Below are positions 10,212 through 19,663 of a stretch of 64,000 nt of DNA, in pieces; positions within the stretch are counted from its first letter, which is position 1, and each line of letters begins with the position of its first letter. Both the position numbers and the translations under genes were made by a program. Source of the stretch: Vulcanimicrobiota bacterium (lineage in GTDB: Bacteria; Vulcanimicrobiota; Vulcanimicrobiia; Vulcanimicrobiales; Vulcanimicrobiaceae). Under the pieces are notes generated by a model that searched no databases, was not told the origin of the DNA, and was given only the letters and a program-made list of their open reading frames with translations. The DNA is taken from assembly GCA_963820825.1 (NCBI GenBank), contig CAWGBN010000006.1:352001-416000 (forward strand), written 5' to 3'.

Positions 10212-10760
10212 TCATGGCAGATCCCCGATTTCGTTGACGTTGTGAAAACTCTGGGCGTCGCACGAAACGAAGCGCGCGGCCAGACGTTCGATGAGGTCTC
10301 GCATGGCGCCCTTGCCCCGCAACTCGAATCCCTCGCGCAGCGCCGCGGTGCGATCGTAGAGCGCCGCGAGCGGTTCGATCCCTCCGGCGTGCTCCGGCAC
10401 GACCGCTTCGTCGCCGGGCTGCCACGCAGCCGCGATGCGATCGAGCACGGCGGCCTCGAGATTCGGCTGATCGGCCGCGACGGCGAAGACACGCTCGGCC
10501 TCGATCGTGCAGCAGGCATCGAGAAATGCGGCGAGCGGGCCGCACCCGGGCCGCCGATCGACGATCATCGGCCCCTCGATCGCGGCATCGATGTCGCGCG
10601 GAAAGGAGCCCTTCGCCGCGACGTAGACCGGCCGCCCCGTTTCGCGAAGGCGGCGGAAGCAGCGCACGAGCATCGGCTCGCCGTCGATCGCGTGGGCGAG
10701 CTTGCCGGGGAAGCGCCGCGCTTCGCCGCCGGCGAGCAGGAGGATCGCGACGCTATCCAT
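10212..10760 (-). CDS. mobA: Molybdenum cofactor guanylyltransferase-like NTP transferase
   Basis: LLAGGEARRF..KL, GPLAA, AADQP, EPLAALY, FHNVN. Confidence 0.8.
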   Translation of the reverse strand: MDSVAILLLAGGEARRFPGKLAHAIDGEPMLVRCFRRLRETGRPVYVAAKGSFPRDIDAAIEGPMIVDRRPGCGPLAAFLDACCTIEAERVFAVAADQPNLEAAVLDRIAAAWQPGDEAVVPEHAGGIEPLAALYDRTAALREGFELRGKGAMRDLIERLAARFVSCDAQSFHNVNEIGDLP

Positions 10761-11722
10761 GGCGCCGCGCGTACTCGCGCGCAAAGTAGGTGATGACGAT
10801 ATCGGCGCCGGCCCGCACGAACGACGTCAAGAGCTCGTCGACGGCCCGCGCTTCGTCGAGCCACCCGTGTCGCCGCCGCTGCTTTGAGCATCGCATATTC
10901 ACCGCTTACGTTGAAGACCGCGAGCGGAACGTCGAATCGCTCGCGCGCGGCGCGCAACACGTCGAGGTATGGAAGCCCAGGCTTGACCATGACGATATCG
11001 GCGCCTTCGGCAATGTCGAGCGCGATCTCGCGCAGCGCCTCGCGCGCGTTGGGCGGATCCATCTGATAGCTGTGCCGGTCGCCGAATTGCGGCGTCGATC
11101 CCGCCGCTTCGCGGAACGGGCCGTAGAATGCCGAGGCGTACTTTGCGCTGTACGCCATGATCGCGACGTCCTTCGCGCCGTCGCGGTCCAGTGCGCCGCG
11201 AATCGCCGCGACGCGTCCGTCCATCATATCGGAGGGCGCGATGACGTCGGCCCCTGCCGCCGCGTAGGTGCGGGCGATCCGGCAGAGGAGCTCGACGGTC
11301 GCATCGTTTTCGACCGCGCCGTCTCCGTTCAGGATGCCGCAGTGACCGTGATCGGTGTACTCGCAGCAGCAGAGATCGGCGATGACGACCATCTCCGGCA
11401 CCGCCTCCTTGATCGCGCGAATCGTGCGTTGAACGATTCCTTCGGGATCGTAGCTGCTCGATGCCGCAGCGTCCTTGGCGGAGGGAATGCCGAAGAGCAG
11501 CACGCTCTTGATGCCGAGCGAAAAGAGCTCGCGTGCCGCGGCGACGGCGCCGTCGAGCTCGAGGCGTGCGATGCCGGGCATCGACTCGATCGGTCCCGCA
11601 TCCGCGGCGCGTTCGGCGACGAAGAGCGGCTGGACGAGCTGCTCGACGTGGATGCGGTGCTCGCGAACGAGCGCGCGCACGACCTCGGTGCGGCGCAGAC
11701 GCCGCGGACGTATTACGATCAG
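10753..11722 (-). CDS. hemB: Porphobilinogen synthase (one apparent frameshift near 10870; start codon uncertain)
   Basis: RPRRLR, CCCEYTDHGHCG, SDMMDGR, FYGPFREA, VMVKPG, NVSGEYAM; C-terminus GWLDEARAV...AGADIVITYFA continues in another frame to TAG at 10753. Confidence 0.9.
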
Positions 11723-13203
11723 TTTCCCACCCCCGAACTTACGGTAGCGGACTGCAAGCGCTCCGCGATTTCGGCGCCGAGCTCGCGTGCTTGCGCAAGC
11801 GTTGCGATCGCGCGTTCGAGCTTCGTGCGAACGAGCGCGCCGCGCTCCGGCGCGTAGGCCCCGTGCACGACCATCGTTTCGGTCTGGAACGACGCGTGGA
11901 TGCCGAGCGGCGCGCTGCACCCGGCGCGCATCGCAGCGAGCGCCGCGCGCTCGCAGGTGACGCAGAGCTCGCTCACCGGATCGCCGGCCGCATCGCGAAG
12001 CAGCGTCGCAAGGTGCTCGTCGTCGGCGCGCGTCTCTATCGCGAGCGCGCCTTGCCCGACGGCCGGAACCATGACTTCGATCGGGAACGGAACGACGTGC
12101 GTCGCGGTTGCGCCGAGGCGCTCAAGCCCGGCCATCGCCAGAACGATCGCGTCGTACTCGCCTGCGGCGAGCTTACGTAGACGCGTATCGACGTTGCCGC
12201 GCAGCGATTCGTAACGCAAGTCGGGACGCAGCGCTTCGAGCTGAACGCGGCGGCGAGGGCTCGACGTGCCGACGACCGCGCCGGCCGGAAGCGCCGCCAA
12301 GTCGGGATAGCGTTCGCTGCAGTAGACGTCACGCGGGTCGGCTCGCTGCGAAATCGCGGCAAGATGCATATCGGCGGGTAACGAGCCCGGAAGGTCCTTG
12401 CACGAGTGAACCGCATAATCGGCGCGCCGGTCGCGCAGTGCACTCTCGAGCTCTTTGACGAAGACGTTGACGGCTCCGATCTGCTCGATCGGAGTCACCC
12501 GGTCGCGATCGCCCGTCGTCGTTACGCCGAGCAGCCGCGTCGCGATGCAGCGTTCGGCCAGACGTGCGGCAATGCTGCGGCTCTGCGTCAGCGCCAGCGC
12601 GCTCTCGCGCGTCGCACAGATCAGCGTTGCCGGCGCTCGCGCGAGTTCCTCGATCGGGCGTTCGGCTAGCGCGCGCAGAATCGTCGCGCGCTCCGCCGGC
12701 GCAAAGGTCTCCAGGACGTACGTTCGCATGCGCGCGAGCGTTTCGAGCGCCTCGCCGTAGCGCTTACCGAGCGCATCGGCGAGGTCGCGCGCGACGCGTC
12801 GCGAAAAGGCCGGCGCATTCCCGCCGGACTCGACGCCGATGGTCAGCGCTCCGACGCGTTGCGTCGCGGGCATCGTAAAATCGCCGCGAGCGGGATTTCC
12901 GGCGTCGCAGACGAGCGCTTGCGCGGTGCGGGCGTCGGCGACGATGCGTGCATTGAGTTCGGAATCGTCGGTGGCTGCGACGACTAGCGTCGCGCCGGCC
13001 ACGTCGCTCGATTCGTACGCGCGCTGCGCGTACGAGCTGCCGTTCGTGCTTAAGAATGCGCGAAGCCGGTCGCCGATTCGTTCGGCAACGACGAAGATTG
13101 GGAATCCGGCGTCCGCGATCGATTCGGCTTTACGTGCCGCGACGTCGCCTCCGCCGACGATAACGGCTCGACGACCGTTCGGCCGGAGTGATATGGGGAG
13201 CAT
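11719..13203 (-). CDS. hemC: Precorrin-2 dehydrogenase (SirC/CysG N-terminal) fused to hydroxymethylbilane synthase
   Basis: N-terminal IVGGGDVAARK, VVAATDD, DFTMPA; C-terminal ATRESALA, VHSCKDLP, GTSSPRR, RGNVDTRL, GQGALA, GCSAP. Confidence 0.9.
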   Translation of the reverse strand: MLPISLRPNGRRAVIVGGGDVAARKAESIADAGFPIFVVAERIGDRLRAFLSTNGSSYAQRAYESSDVAGATLVVAATDDSELNARIVADARTAQALVCDAGNPARGDFTMPATQRVGALTIGVESGGNAPAFSRRVARDLADALGKRYGEALETLARMRTYVLETFAPAERATILRALAERPIEELARAPATLICATRESALALTQSRSIAARLAERCIATRLLGVTTTGDRDRVTPIEQIGAVNVFVKELESALRDRRADYAVHSCKDLPGSLPADMHLAAISQRADPRDVYCSERYPDLAALPAGAVVGTSSPRRRVQLEALRPDLRYESLRGNVDTRLRKLAAGEYDAIVLAMAGLERLGATATHVVPFPIEVMVPAVGQGALAIETRADDEHLATLLRDAAGDPVSELCVTCERAALAAMRAGCSAPLGIHASFQTETMVVHGAYAPERGALVRTKLERAIATLAQARELGAEIAERLQSATVSSGVGN

Positions 13204-13266
13204 ACGAACGCACAAAGAGTTCCGCGGCCGGCAGCTAAAAACCGCCTAGGTGACGGGCCGCGATTG

Positions 13267-14928
13267 ATGACGAGCACCGGGAGAGGAGCAGCCCGAGCGG
13301 CCTGGATTGGTGCATTCGTCGCGGCGCTCATTACGGTGCCCGGCCTCTGGGTCGGCACGCTCTGGGATAATAGCGAAACGGCGTATGGTGAGGTCGCGCG
13401 CGAGATACTGCTGACGCACGACTGGGTGGTCATGCATCTCAACGGCGTACCGTACTTCGTTCAGCCTCCGCTCTATTTCTGGCTCGCCGCGGCCTTTGCA
13501 TCGCTCTTTGGACCGAGTGCGTTCGCCTTACGCCTGCCCTCGGCGCTGGCGACGATCGCTCTGGGAGCCTTCACCGGCTACACGGTGGCGCGGCGCGCGG
13601 GAGTGCGCGCGGGCATCTACGCGGCGGTCGTACTCTCCACGTCGTTGATGCAGGCGGTGATCGGGCGCCTGGCAATCATGGATCCCTTGCTCGACCTGGC
13701 CGTTGCGATGACGATTCTCTGGTGGTTCGAGTCGCTCGAGACCGGCCGCTCCCGCTATGCGATCTACGGCTGGATCGCCGCCGCAGCCGGCTTCTTAGCC
13801 AAGGGCTTCGTCGCGCCCGTGATCGCGCTCTTAACCATCGTGCCGTTCTATCTCTGGAACTGCCGCTGCGAGCAGATGGCCAAACTGCCGGCGCGCGGAT
13901 GGATCGGCGGAGCGGCGATCTTCATTGCATTGATCGTTCCGTGGCCGCTCGCGCTCGTTCTGCATTTTCATCTCTTTCCGCTCGAGAAACTGATCGGCGA
14001 GTACACCATCGGCCGCTACACCGGCGTCATCGAGAATCAGGCGGGTCCGCTCTGGTATTACTTGCCCGTCATCATTTTGGGATTCTTTCCCTGGATCGCG
14101 TTTCTGCCGATGGCGATCGTCTACGCCGTTCGCCAACTGCGCGGCGACTCGCCGATGCCCGAGCCGGCGCCGCTCGTCCGCCTCGCCATCGTTTGGATCG
14201 TGATGCCGTTGCTCTTTTTCAGCTTCGCGCGGACGAAACTGCCGAACTACGTCGCGCTCGAGTTTCCGGCGCTCGCGGTGATCACCGCGCTCTACTTCGA
14301 CGCGGTCGCTCGCAAGGGCGGAACGCGCTCGGCGATCATCTCGGCGGCGACCGTTCCGTTCACCATCGGCGCGCTCGCACTGGCGATCGCGCTCTTCACC
14401 CGCAATAACCGGCTAACGGCCGAAGTCGCCGGGGCCGTGCCGCCGCTGCTCGCGATGGCTGCAGCGATCTTTGCCGGTTCGCTCTTGACCGCGCTGCTCG
14501 TCGCGCGGAAGCAGACGGCGCGCCTCGCGCCCTACGCGCTCGCGCTCGCGGCGATCGTTGCCACCGACGTGTTGGCGGTCGGCGTTCTTCCGCGCACCGA
14601 GGTCTTCAAGCCCATTCCGCGATTGGCCGCGCGCATCGAGCGCGGGCGCAAGAGCGGCGACGTGGTCGGAATACAAAACGTCTCGGGTGCAAACGCGCTG
14701 CTCTTCTACACGCGGCCAGTCGTTCGCGTTCTGGCATCCGCCGGCAATGGCGATCCGCAGAGTGACGGCGTCGATCCGCGTTCGTTCATATGCGACGCGC
14801 CGCGTGCGTGGGTGATCGTTCCGGCCGAGCGATCCGCGTTCGGCGAATCGTTCGGGCGCCGGCGGCGCGTCGTCGCGATCGACAAAAAGGCGGCCCTCGT
14901 CTTATACGACGGACCGCCCTGTCGCTGA
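13267..14928 (+). CDS. ArnT-like glycosyltransferase family 39
   Basis: DNSETAYGEVARE, QPPLYFW, RLPSAL, LAKG, PLWYY, TKLPNY; many TM segments. Confidence 0.85.
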   Translation: MTSTGRGAARAAWIGAFVAALITVPGLWVGTLWDNSETAYGEVAREILLTHDWVVMHLNGVPYFVQPPLYFWLAAAFASLFGPSAFALRLPSALATIALGAFTGYTVARRAGVRAGIYAAVVLSTSLMQAVIGRLAIMDPLLDLAVAMTILWWFESLETGRSRYAIYGWIAAAAGFLAKGFVAPVIALLTIVPFYLWNCRCEQMAKLPARGWIGGAAIFIALIVPWPLALVLHFHLFPLEKLIGEYTIGRYTGVIENQAGPLWYYLPVIILGFFPWIAFLPMAIVYAVRQLRGDSPMPEPAPLVRLAIVWIVMPLLFFSFARTKLPNYVALEFPALAVITALYFDAVARKGGTRSAIISAATVPFTIGALALAIALFTRNNRLTAEVAGAVPPLLAMAAAIFAGSLLTALLVARKQTARLAPYALALAAIVATDVLAVGVLPRTEVFKPIPRLAARIERGRKSGDVVGIQNVSGANALLFYTRPVVRVLASAGNGDPQSDGVDPRSFICDAPRAWVIVPAERSAFGESFGRRRRVVAIDKKAALVLYDGPPCR

Positions 14929-14951
14929 GCTAAATCAGCGCTTCCTGCAGA

Positions 14952-16436
14952 TCACGGTTTGTAGCCGGCGACTTGCGCTTCGGTAACGGCCGGGGCTTTG
15001 TTATTGCCCAGCGATCCGCGAATGTACGTGATGACGTCGGCGATCTGCTTGTTGGTCAGCGTGCCCTTCCAGGCCGGCATCTGACCGTTATACGTCGAGC
15101 CGCCGACCGAGATCGAGCCGTGCAAGCCGCTGAGCAGGATGCCGATGACCTTGTTCGGATCGCCCGTTACGACCGGATTGTTCGCAAGCGGCGGGAACGT
15201 GCCGGGAACGCCCTGTCCCTGCGCGCCGTGACAGCTCGAACAGTTCTGCGAAAAGACGGGTGCACCCGGACTGCTCGCTGCGGAAGTAGTAGTGCTCGAG
15301 ACGGTCGCCGCCTCGGCCGGCGCGGCGGCGAGCACGACCGACTCCGGCGGCGAGGCGGGTGCGGCGGCTTGTTTGGCCATCGTCGTGAGCTGTCCGAACG
15401 TTGTCAGCGCCACGATGCCGGCGATGACCAACGCCGCGATCCACAGGAGCCCGGCGCGGCCGGAGAAGCTACGGCTCTTGCTGCGATCGAGCCACGGCAG
15501 CAAGAGAATCACCACCAAGAAGACCGTCGGCCCGATGATCGTCGCGATCAACTCCGTTCCGATCACCAACGGCCCGAGATGGATCTCCGGCGGCACCAGC
15601 GCGAGCAGACCGAAGAGCGATAAGAAATACCAGGCCGGATACGGCACGAAAAACTTCGTCGGATTGGCCTTCTCGTCGAGATACGGCGGCGCGACGAACG
15701 AGAGGAAGCAGATGATGATGAAGACGATGAGCGAGAACGCACCGTCCATGAAGAACTGATCCGGCCAAAAGCGTCCGGGTTTGAGCGTGCGCGGATCTTC
15801 CACGACCGGACCGGCCGAGCCGTTGTGGCGGAAGATCGCCAAATGCGCGCCGACGAGTGCGACCAGGACCGCGGGCATCAACCAGACGTGCAGGCCGAAG
15901 AAGCGGTTGATCGTAGCCGTGCCCATGCTGCCGCCGCCCTGGGCGATGTGCTGCATCACCGGTCCGGCGATCGGCGCCAAACCGACGATGTTCAGCGAGA
16001 CTTGGGATGCAAAGTACGCATCCATATCCCACGGCAAGAGATACCCGGTGAGTCCGAGGACGAGCGTGACGAGCAGCAAGAGCACGCCGACGACCCACTG
16101 CAGCTCGCGCGGCGCCTTATACGCGCCGAAGATCAGCACTTGCAACAGATGCAGGAAGACGAGGGCGATCATCGCCGAGGAGCCCCAGTAATGCACCGAG
16201 ATGAGGAAGTGCGTGTAGGGGTTGAGATAGATCGCGCGGGTCGATTCCCACGCCGTCGCTGCCGAGGGCGCGTAGAAGAACGTCAGGAAGATGCCGGTGA
16301 CGATCTGCACGATCATCGCGAAGAGGGTCGCGCTGCCGAAGACGTACCAGTAGCTCGCTCCCCCCGGCACGTCTTCCGTGAGGAACTCCTGCGTCATCGA
16401 GATGAAGCCGGTTCGTTTTTCGATCCAATTCAACAT
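14952..16436 (-). CDS. Cytochrome b of a Rieske/cytb complex with subunit-IV region and fused C-terminal class I cytochrome c
   Basis: Heme b histidines (SVHYW...LHLL, GLHVW...AHLA), TGYLLPWD, Qo motif PAWY, C-terminal CSSCH...MPAW. Confidence 0.92.
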   Translation of the reverse strand: MLNWIEKRTGFISMTQEFLTEDVPGGASYWYVFGSATLFAMIVQIVTGIFLTFFYAPSAATAWESTRAIYLNPYTHFLISVHYWGSSAMIALVFLHLLQVLIFGAYKAPRELQWVVGVLLLLVTLVLGLTGYLLPWDMDAYFASQVSLNIVGLAPIAGPVMQHIAQGGGSMGTATINRFFGLHVWLMPAVLVALVGAHLAIFRHNGSAGPVVEDPRTLKPGRFWPDQFFMDGAFSLIVFIIICFLSFVAPPYLDEKANPTKFFVPYPAWYFLSLFGLLALVPPEIHLGPLVIGTELIATIIGPTVFLVVILLLPWLDRSKSRSFSGRAGLLWIAALVIAGIVALTTFGQLTTMAKQAAAPASPPESVVLAAAPAEAATVSSTTTSAASSPGAPVFSQNCSSCHGAQGQGVPGTFPPLANNPVVTGDPNKVIGILLSGLHGSISVGGSTYNGQMPAWKGTLTNKQIADVITYIRGSLGNNKAPAVTEAQVAGYKP

Positions 16437-16446
16437 CAGCTCTTAC

Positions 16447-17130
16447 CTATGCCTGATACGAGACGACGATGCGCGAGGGCGTGTTCGATTGGTAGACGAT
16501 CCACATAACGTCCGCTTTGCCGCTCTGTCCGCGCAGCGGCAGCGGATCGAGTCCGCGTGGAGCCGGCCCCGCGACGTGCGTTCCGTCGAAGGTATACTGC
16601 GAGCCGTGACAGGGGCACATGAATCGGTTCTGCGCATCGCTCCAGCTGTAGTAGCAGCCTAGATGCGGGCAGATCGGGCTAAAGATGACGAAGTTCATGT
16701 TCACGACGTCGTATGGAACGTCGGGCTTGCCGCCCGGCAGCGTGAAGAGGTCGGGTCGCGCGGCTACGAACTTCGCATTGTTGTCGACGCGAATGCCCCA
16801 GCAGTACTCCTCCGCCGATTGCTCGGGGAGGTATCCGTCGACGAACTTGAGGGTGAACGTCATCTTGACCGGCTTCGCGGTCGCCTTCTGCAGCGCGTCG
16901 AGTTCTTGCGCGTCGAGCGGCGACCAGCTTCCCGTCGAGGAGCTCTTGGGCGGGAGGAGTGAGCCGACGATCGGGATGGCAAGGCTGAGGCCGACGATGC
17001 CGCCGATTGCCAGCGTGGCATTCGCCATGAAGGTGCGGCGCGTGATTTCGTCCTCGGTCTGCGGAAGGTCGTGCGCGCTCACTATTTTACGAGCGGCGCC
17101 TTGCGAAGCGTCGCCATGCGATTCGGACAA
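16447..17130 (-). CDS. Rieske iron-sulfur subunit with Tat signal
   Basis: TRRTF twin-arginine motif, CPHLGC and CPCHGSQY, GPAPRGL; TTG start with GGGAG RBS. Confidence 0.92.
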   Translation of the reverse strand: MSESHGDASQGAARKIVSAHDLPQTEDEITRRTFMANATLAIGGIVGLSLAIPIVGSLLPPKSSSTGSWSPLDAQELDALQKATAKPVKMTFTLKFVDGYLPEQSAEEYCWGIRVDNNAKFVAARPDLFTLPGGKPDVPYDVVNMNFVIFSPICPHLGCYYSWSDAQNRFMCPCHGSQYTFDGTHVAGPAPRGLDPLPLRGQSGKADVMWIVYQSNTPSRIVVSYQA

Positions 17131-17181
17131 GATCGTTCTCCCAGGAAGCGTAGGCTACGGGTCGCAGCCTCATTTGCGGTT

Positions 17182-17187
17182 ATTGTA
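17182..17187 (-). promoter_or_regulatory. Putative sigma70 -10 box (TACAAT) for the Rieske-cytochrome b genes
   Basis: TACAAT about 50 nt upstream of the Rieske start, in an intergenic gap. Confidence 0.35.
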
Positions 17188-17287
17188 AGCCCGCCCCTTC
17201 CCGTCGGCCAGGACGAAACTCGGATGCGACCCCGCCGGCGCGGCCCGGCTTCGCAGGCCGTCGGGCGAGCGGCGGCGCGCACCGGTA

Positions 17288-18283
17288 TCACATCTTGTAG
17301 CTGTGCAGGCCCGAGATCCAGATATTGACGCCCAAGTAGCAGAAGATAATCGAGAGAAAGCCGATCACGCTTACCCAACTCGTGCGCAGCCCGCGCCACG
17401 AATGACGCGTGTGCAGGTGCATGTAGGCAAGGTAGATGATCCACGAAAAGAGCGCCGCCGTCTCCTTTGGATCCCACTGCCAGTAGGCGCCCCAGGCCTC
17501 TTTCGCCCACATCGCGCCGGTAATGATGCCCACCGAGATCAGCGGGAGCCCAATCGCCACGGCCCGGTAGGTGATGACGTCGAGCTGTGCGAGGGTGGGC
17601 AGTGAGAGGAGCCAGCGAGCGACGGGATTCCCCGTCGCGGCGGCTGCAGCCATTGCGGGCGTATCGCGTGCGATGCCTCGTCCAAAATCGATGCCGGCGG
17701 CATCGGCGGCCGCGCTCATCGCGTCGAAGATGCGCTCTCCGGCCAGAATCGTCGAGCCGGCCTCAGCCGAGGCCGCTGCCAGCACGCGCTTTCCGCTAAA
17801 GCTCTGCTCCGCGTAGTACTTCAGCAAATAGAGGCACGAAAAGACGAACGAGACGAGAAAAGCCGCGTACGAAGAGACGACGATCGGCACGTGGATCTTC
17901 GCCCAATAGGATTGCAGCGAGGGTACCGGCGGCATCGTTCCTTCGTACCAAGTGACGCCGTATGCCAAGAATATCGCGGCGAGCGCGAGCACGAATCCGC
18001 CGGCAAACCAGATGCGGTAGCGGAAGGCGAAGCCGACATAGATCGCAACCGACATCGCGGCAAAGAGCGAGAGCGAGCCGTAGAGGTTGAGCAGCGGCCA
18101 AACGTGCGTGATCTCCCACCGCGCGATGAGTTGTGCGAACTGCGCGGCACATCCGAGGATGGCTAGCGCCGCGCCGAGATTACGCGCCCAGACATCGCGC
18201 GAGAAAAAGTAGAGCAAGAGCGCCAGGGCACCCACGACATAGGCTCCCAGAGCTACGGCAATCAGCAGTTCGTCGAGCGGCAT
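17288..18283 (-). CDS. ccsA: Cytochrome c biogenesis system II heme-handling protein (CcsA/ResC)
   Basis: LQSYWAKIHV, WWD motif WAKEAWGAYWQWDPKET, SGLHSY. Confidence 0.93.
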   Translation of the reverse strand: MPLDELLIAVALGAYVVGALALLLYFFSRDVWARNLGAALAILGCAAQFAQLIARWEITHVWPLLNLYGSLSLFAAMSVAIYVGFAFRYRIWFAGGFVLALAAIFLAYGVTWYEGTMPPVPSLQSYWAKIHVPIVVSSYAAFLVSFVFSCLYLLKYYAEQSFSGKRVLAAASAEAGSTILAGERIFDAMSAAADAAGIDFGRGIARDTPAMAAAAATGNPVARWLLSLPTLAQLDVITYRAVAIGLPLISVGIITGAMWAKEAWGAYWQWDPKETAALFSWIIYLAYMHLHTRHSWRGLRTSWVSVIGFLSIIFCYLGVNIWISGLHSYKM

Positions 18284-18298
18284 TTCTTCGCTACCTCG

Positions 18299-19663
18299 TT
18301 AGGCCAGGCTTGGGCCGGGCTCGGTCCTTCGGCCTAACGCTAGCACAAGCCGCTCGAACTCGTTGGCGAAAACGTCATATCCCTTTACCGTCGTTGCCGC
18401 CGCACCGACCCGCGAGCGGCCGGGCGCGACCTCGTCTACCCGCACGTACAGACGAGCCGGCAGAAAGTAAAACGAGATCATCAGTCCCGCCAGCAGAACG
18501 AAGGCGCCGATTCCCACCAGCGGAACGCCGGGATCGTAGCGGTATTGGAAGCCGCTGTAGAGCACGTACCGCTTCGGAGTGACCCGCCAGCCGCCGCCCG
18601 GATCGATCGACGAGCCGAGCGGAACGAGCGCCTCGCCGAGTGAGTTCCCGCTATCCGACGCGCCGAGCAAGACGGCGGGATCGTTAACGCGCGGATCGGC
18701 CGTCGGCATTCCGCTTTGCTTATCGACGGTGGGAGCGAATCGTTCGTAAACGAGGGTACGCTGCGTTCCCGGAAGATCGAACGATTCGCCTTCGAGCAGG
18801 GTGCGGCTCGAAAGCTCGGCGTTGCGCTCGCCCTGCCGCGTGACGAGGAACTGCATTCCGAATCCGTAGCTGGCTTGGTAGTAGAGCGTGCCGTCGATGT
18901 CGATCGGGTGATTCACGCGAACGGTCAAATGCTTGGGAATGCCGTCTCTTCCGATCACCGTGACGTGCGAGACGTAATCGACGGGTTGATAGACCATCCC
19001 GCTCTTGGTCATGATCGGCGCGATCGTATAGGCGAAATCGTCGAGGTGAATCAACGCGTGGGTCTGCGGAATCTGCGCCGTGTGTCCGGTCAACAGCGCG
19101 GTCCCACCCGAGAAGCCACGCGCCCAGTACAGCGTCGTGCCGGCGGCGATGATGACGAAACCGGCGTGCGCGACGAGAACGCCGCGCCGCGCCCAGTTGT
19201 GTTTGTCGGCGAAGCTCCACTCCACGCCGCCGAAGATGCGCTCGCGCATCTGCCAGCCGCGCGCCGCAAGCGACTCCGATAAGCGCCGCCGCACGTCGGC
19301 GGCGTCGCCGTCGGTTTCGAAGACCGCGTGCAGCGGGATCTTCTCGACGCTGACCGGGCGCAACGGCGGTAGTCGGGCGGGAATGACGCGCTTGAACGTG
19401 CAGACCGCAAGCGATAGTAAGATCAACCCGACGATCCCAACGTACCACGGCGAGTGATAGATGTTATCGAAGTTGAGCCGAAGGATCGCTCGGGCGATCG
19501 GTGCCGCGTAGCTCTGGAAGTAAAGACTCGGATCCGCCCCCTGTTCGACGACGACGCCGACGAGCGTCAGCAGGCCCCAAACGACGAAGAGCGAGACGGC
19601 AAAGAGCACGTTACCGAACGTGCGCACGAACTCTGCGTATAGCGCGCGAACGGCGAGCGTCAC
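18299..19663 (-). CDS. resB: Cytochrome c biogenesis protein ResB/CcsB
   Basis: NIYHSPWY, LAVCT, VAHAGF, VRVNHP, YQASYG, YDPGVPLV; GTG start overlapping the tatC stop. Confidence 0.88.
   Translation of the reverse strand: MTLAVRALYAEFVRTFGNVLFAVSLFVVWGLLTLVGVVVEQGADPSLYFQSYAAPIARAILRLNFDNIYHSPWYVGIVGLILLSLAVCTFKRVIPARLPPLRPVSVEKIPLHAVFETDGDAADVRRRLSESLAARGWQMRERIFGGVEWSFADKHNWARRGVLVAHAGFVIIAAGTTLYWARGFSGGTALLTGHTAQIPQTHALIHLDDFAYTIAPIMTKSGMVYQPVDYVSHVTVIGRDGIPKHLTVRVNHPIDIDGTLYYQASYGFGMQFLVTRQGERNAELSSRTLLEGESFDLPGTQRTLVYERFAPTVDKQSGMPTADPRVNDPAVLLGASDSGNSLGEALVPLGSSIDPGGGWRVTPKRYVLYSGFQYRYDPGVPLVGIGAFVLLAGLMISFYFLPARLYVRVDEVAPGRSRVGAAATTVKGYDVFANEFERLVLALGRRTEPGPSLA

Noticed and set aside
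10195..10215. Mini-ORF MKAGSS bridging the mobA stop and hemL start
   Set aside because: Six codons, no supporting evidence; overlaps of this kind arise by chance
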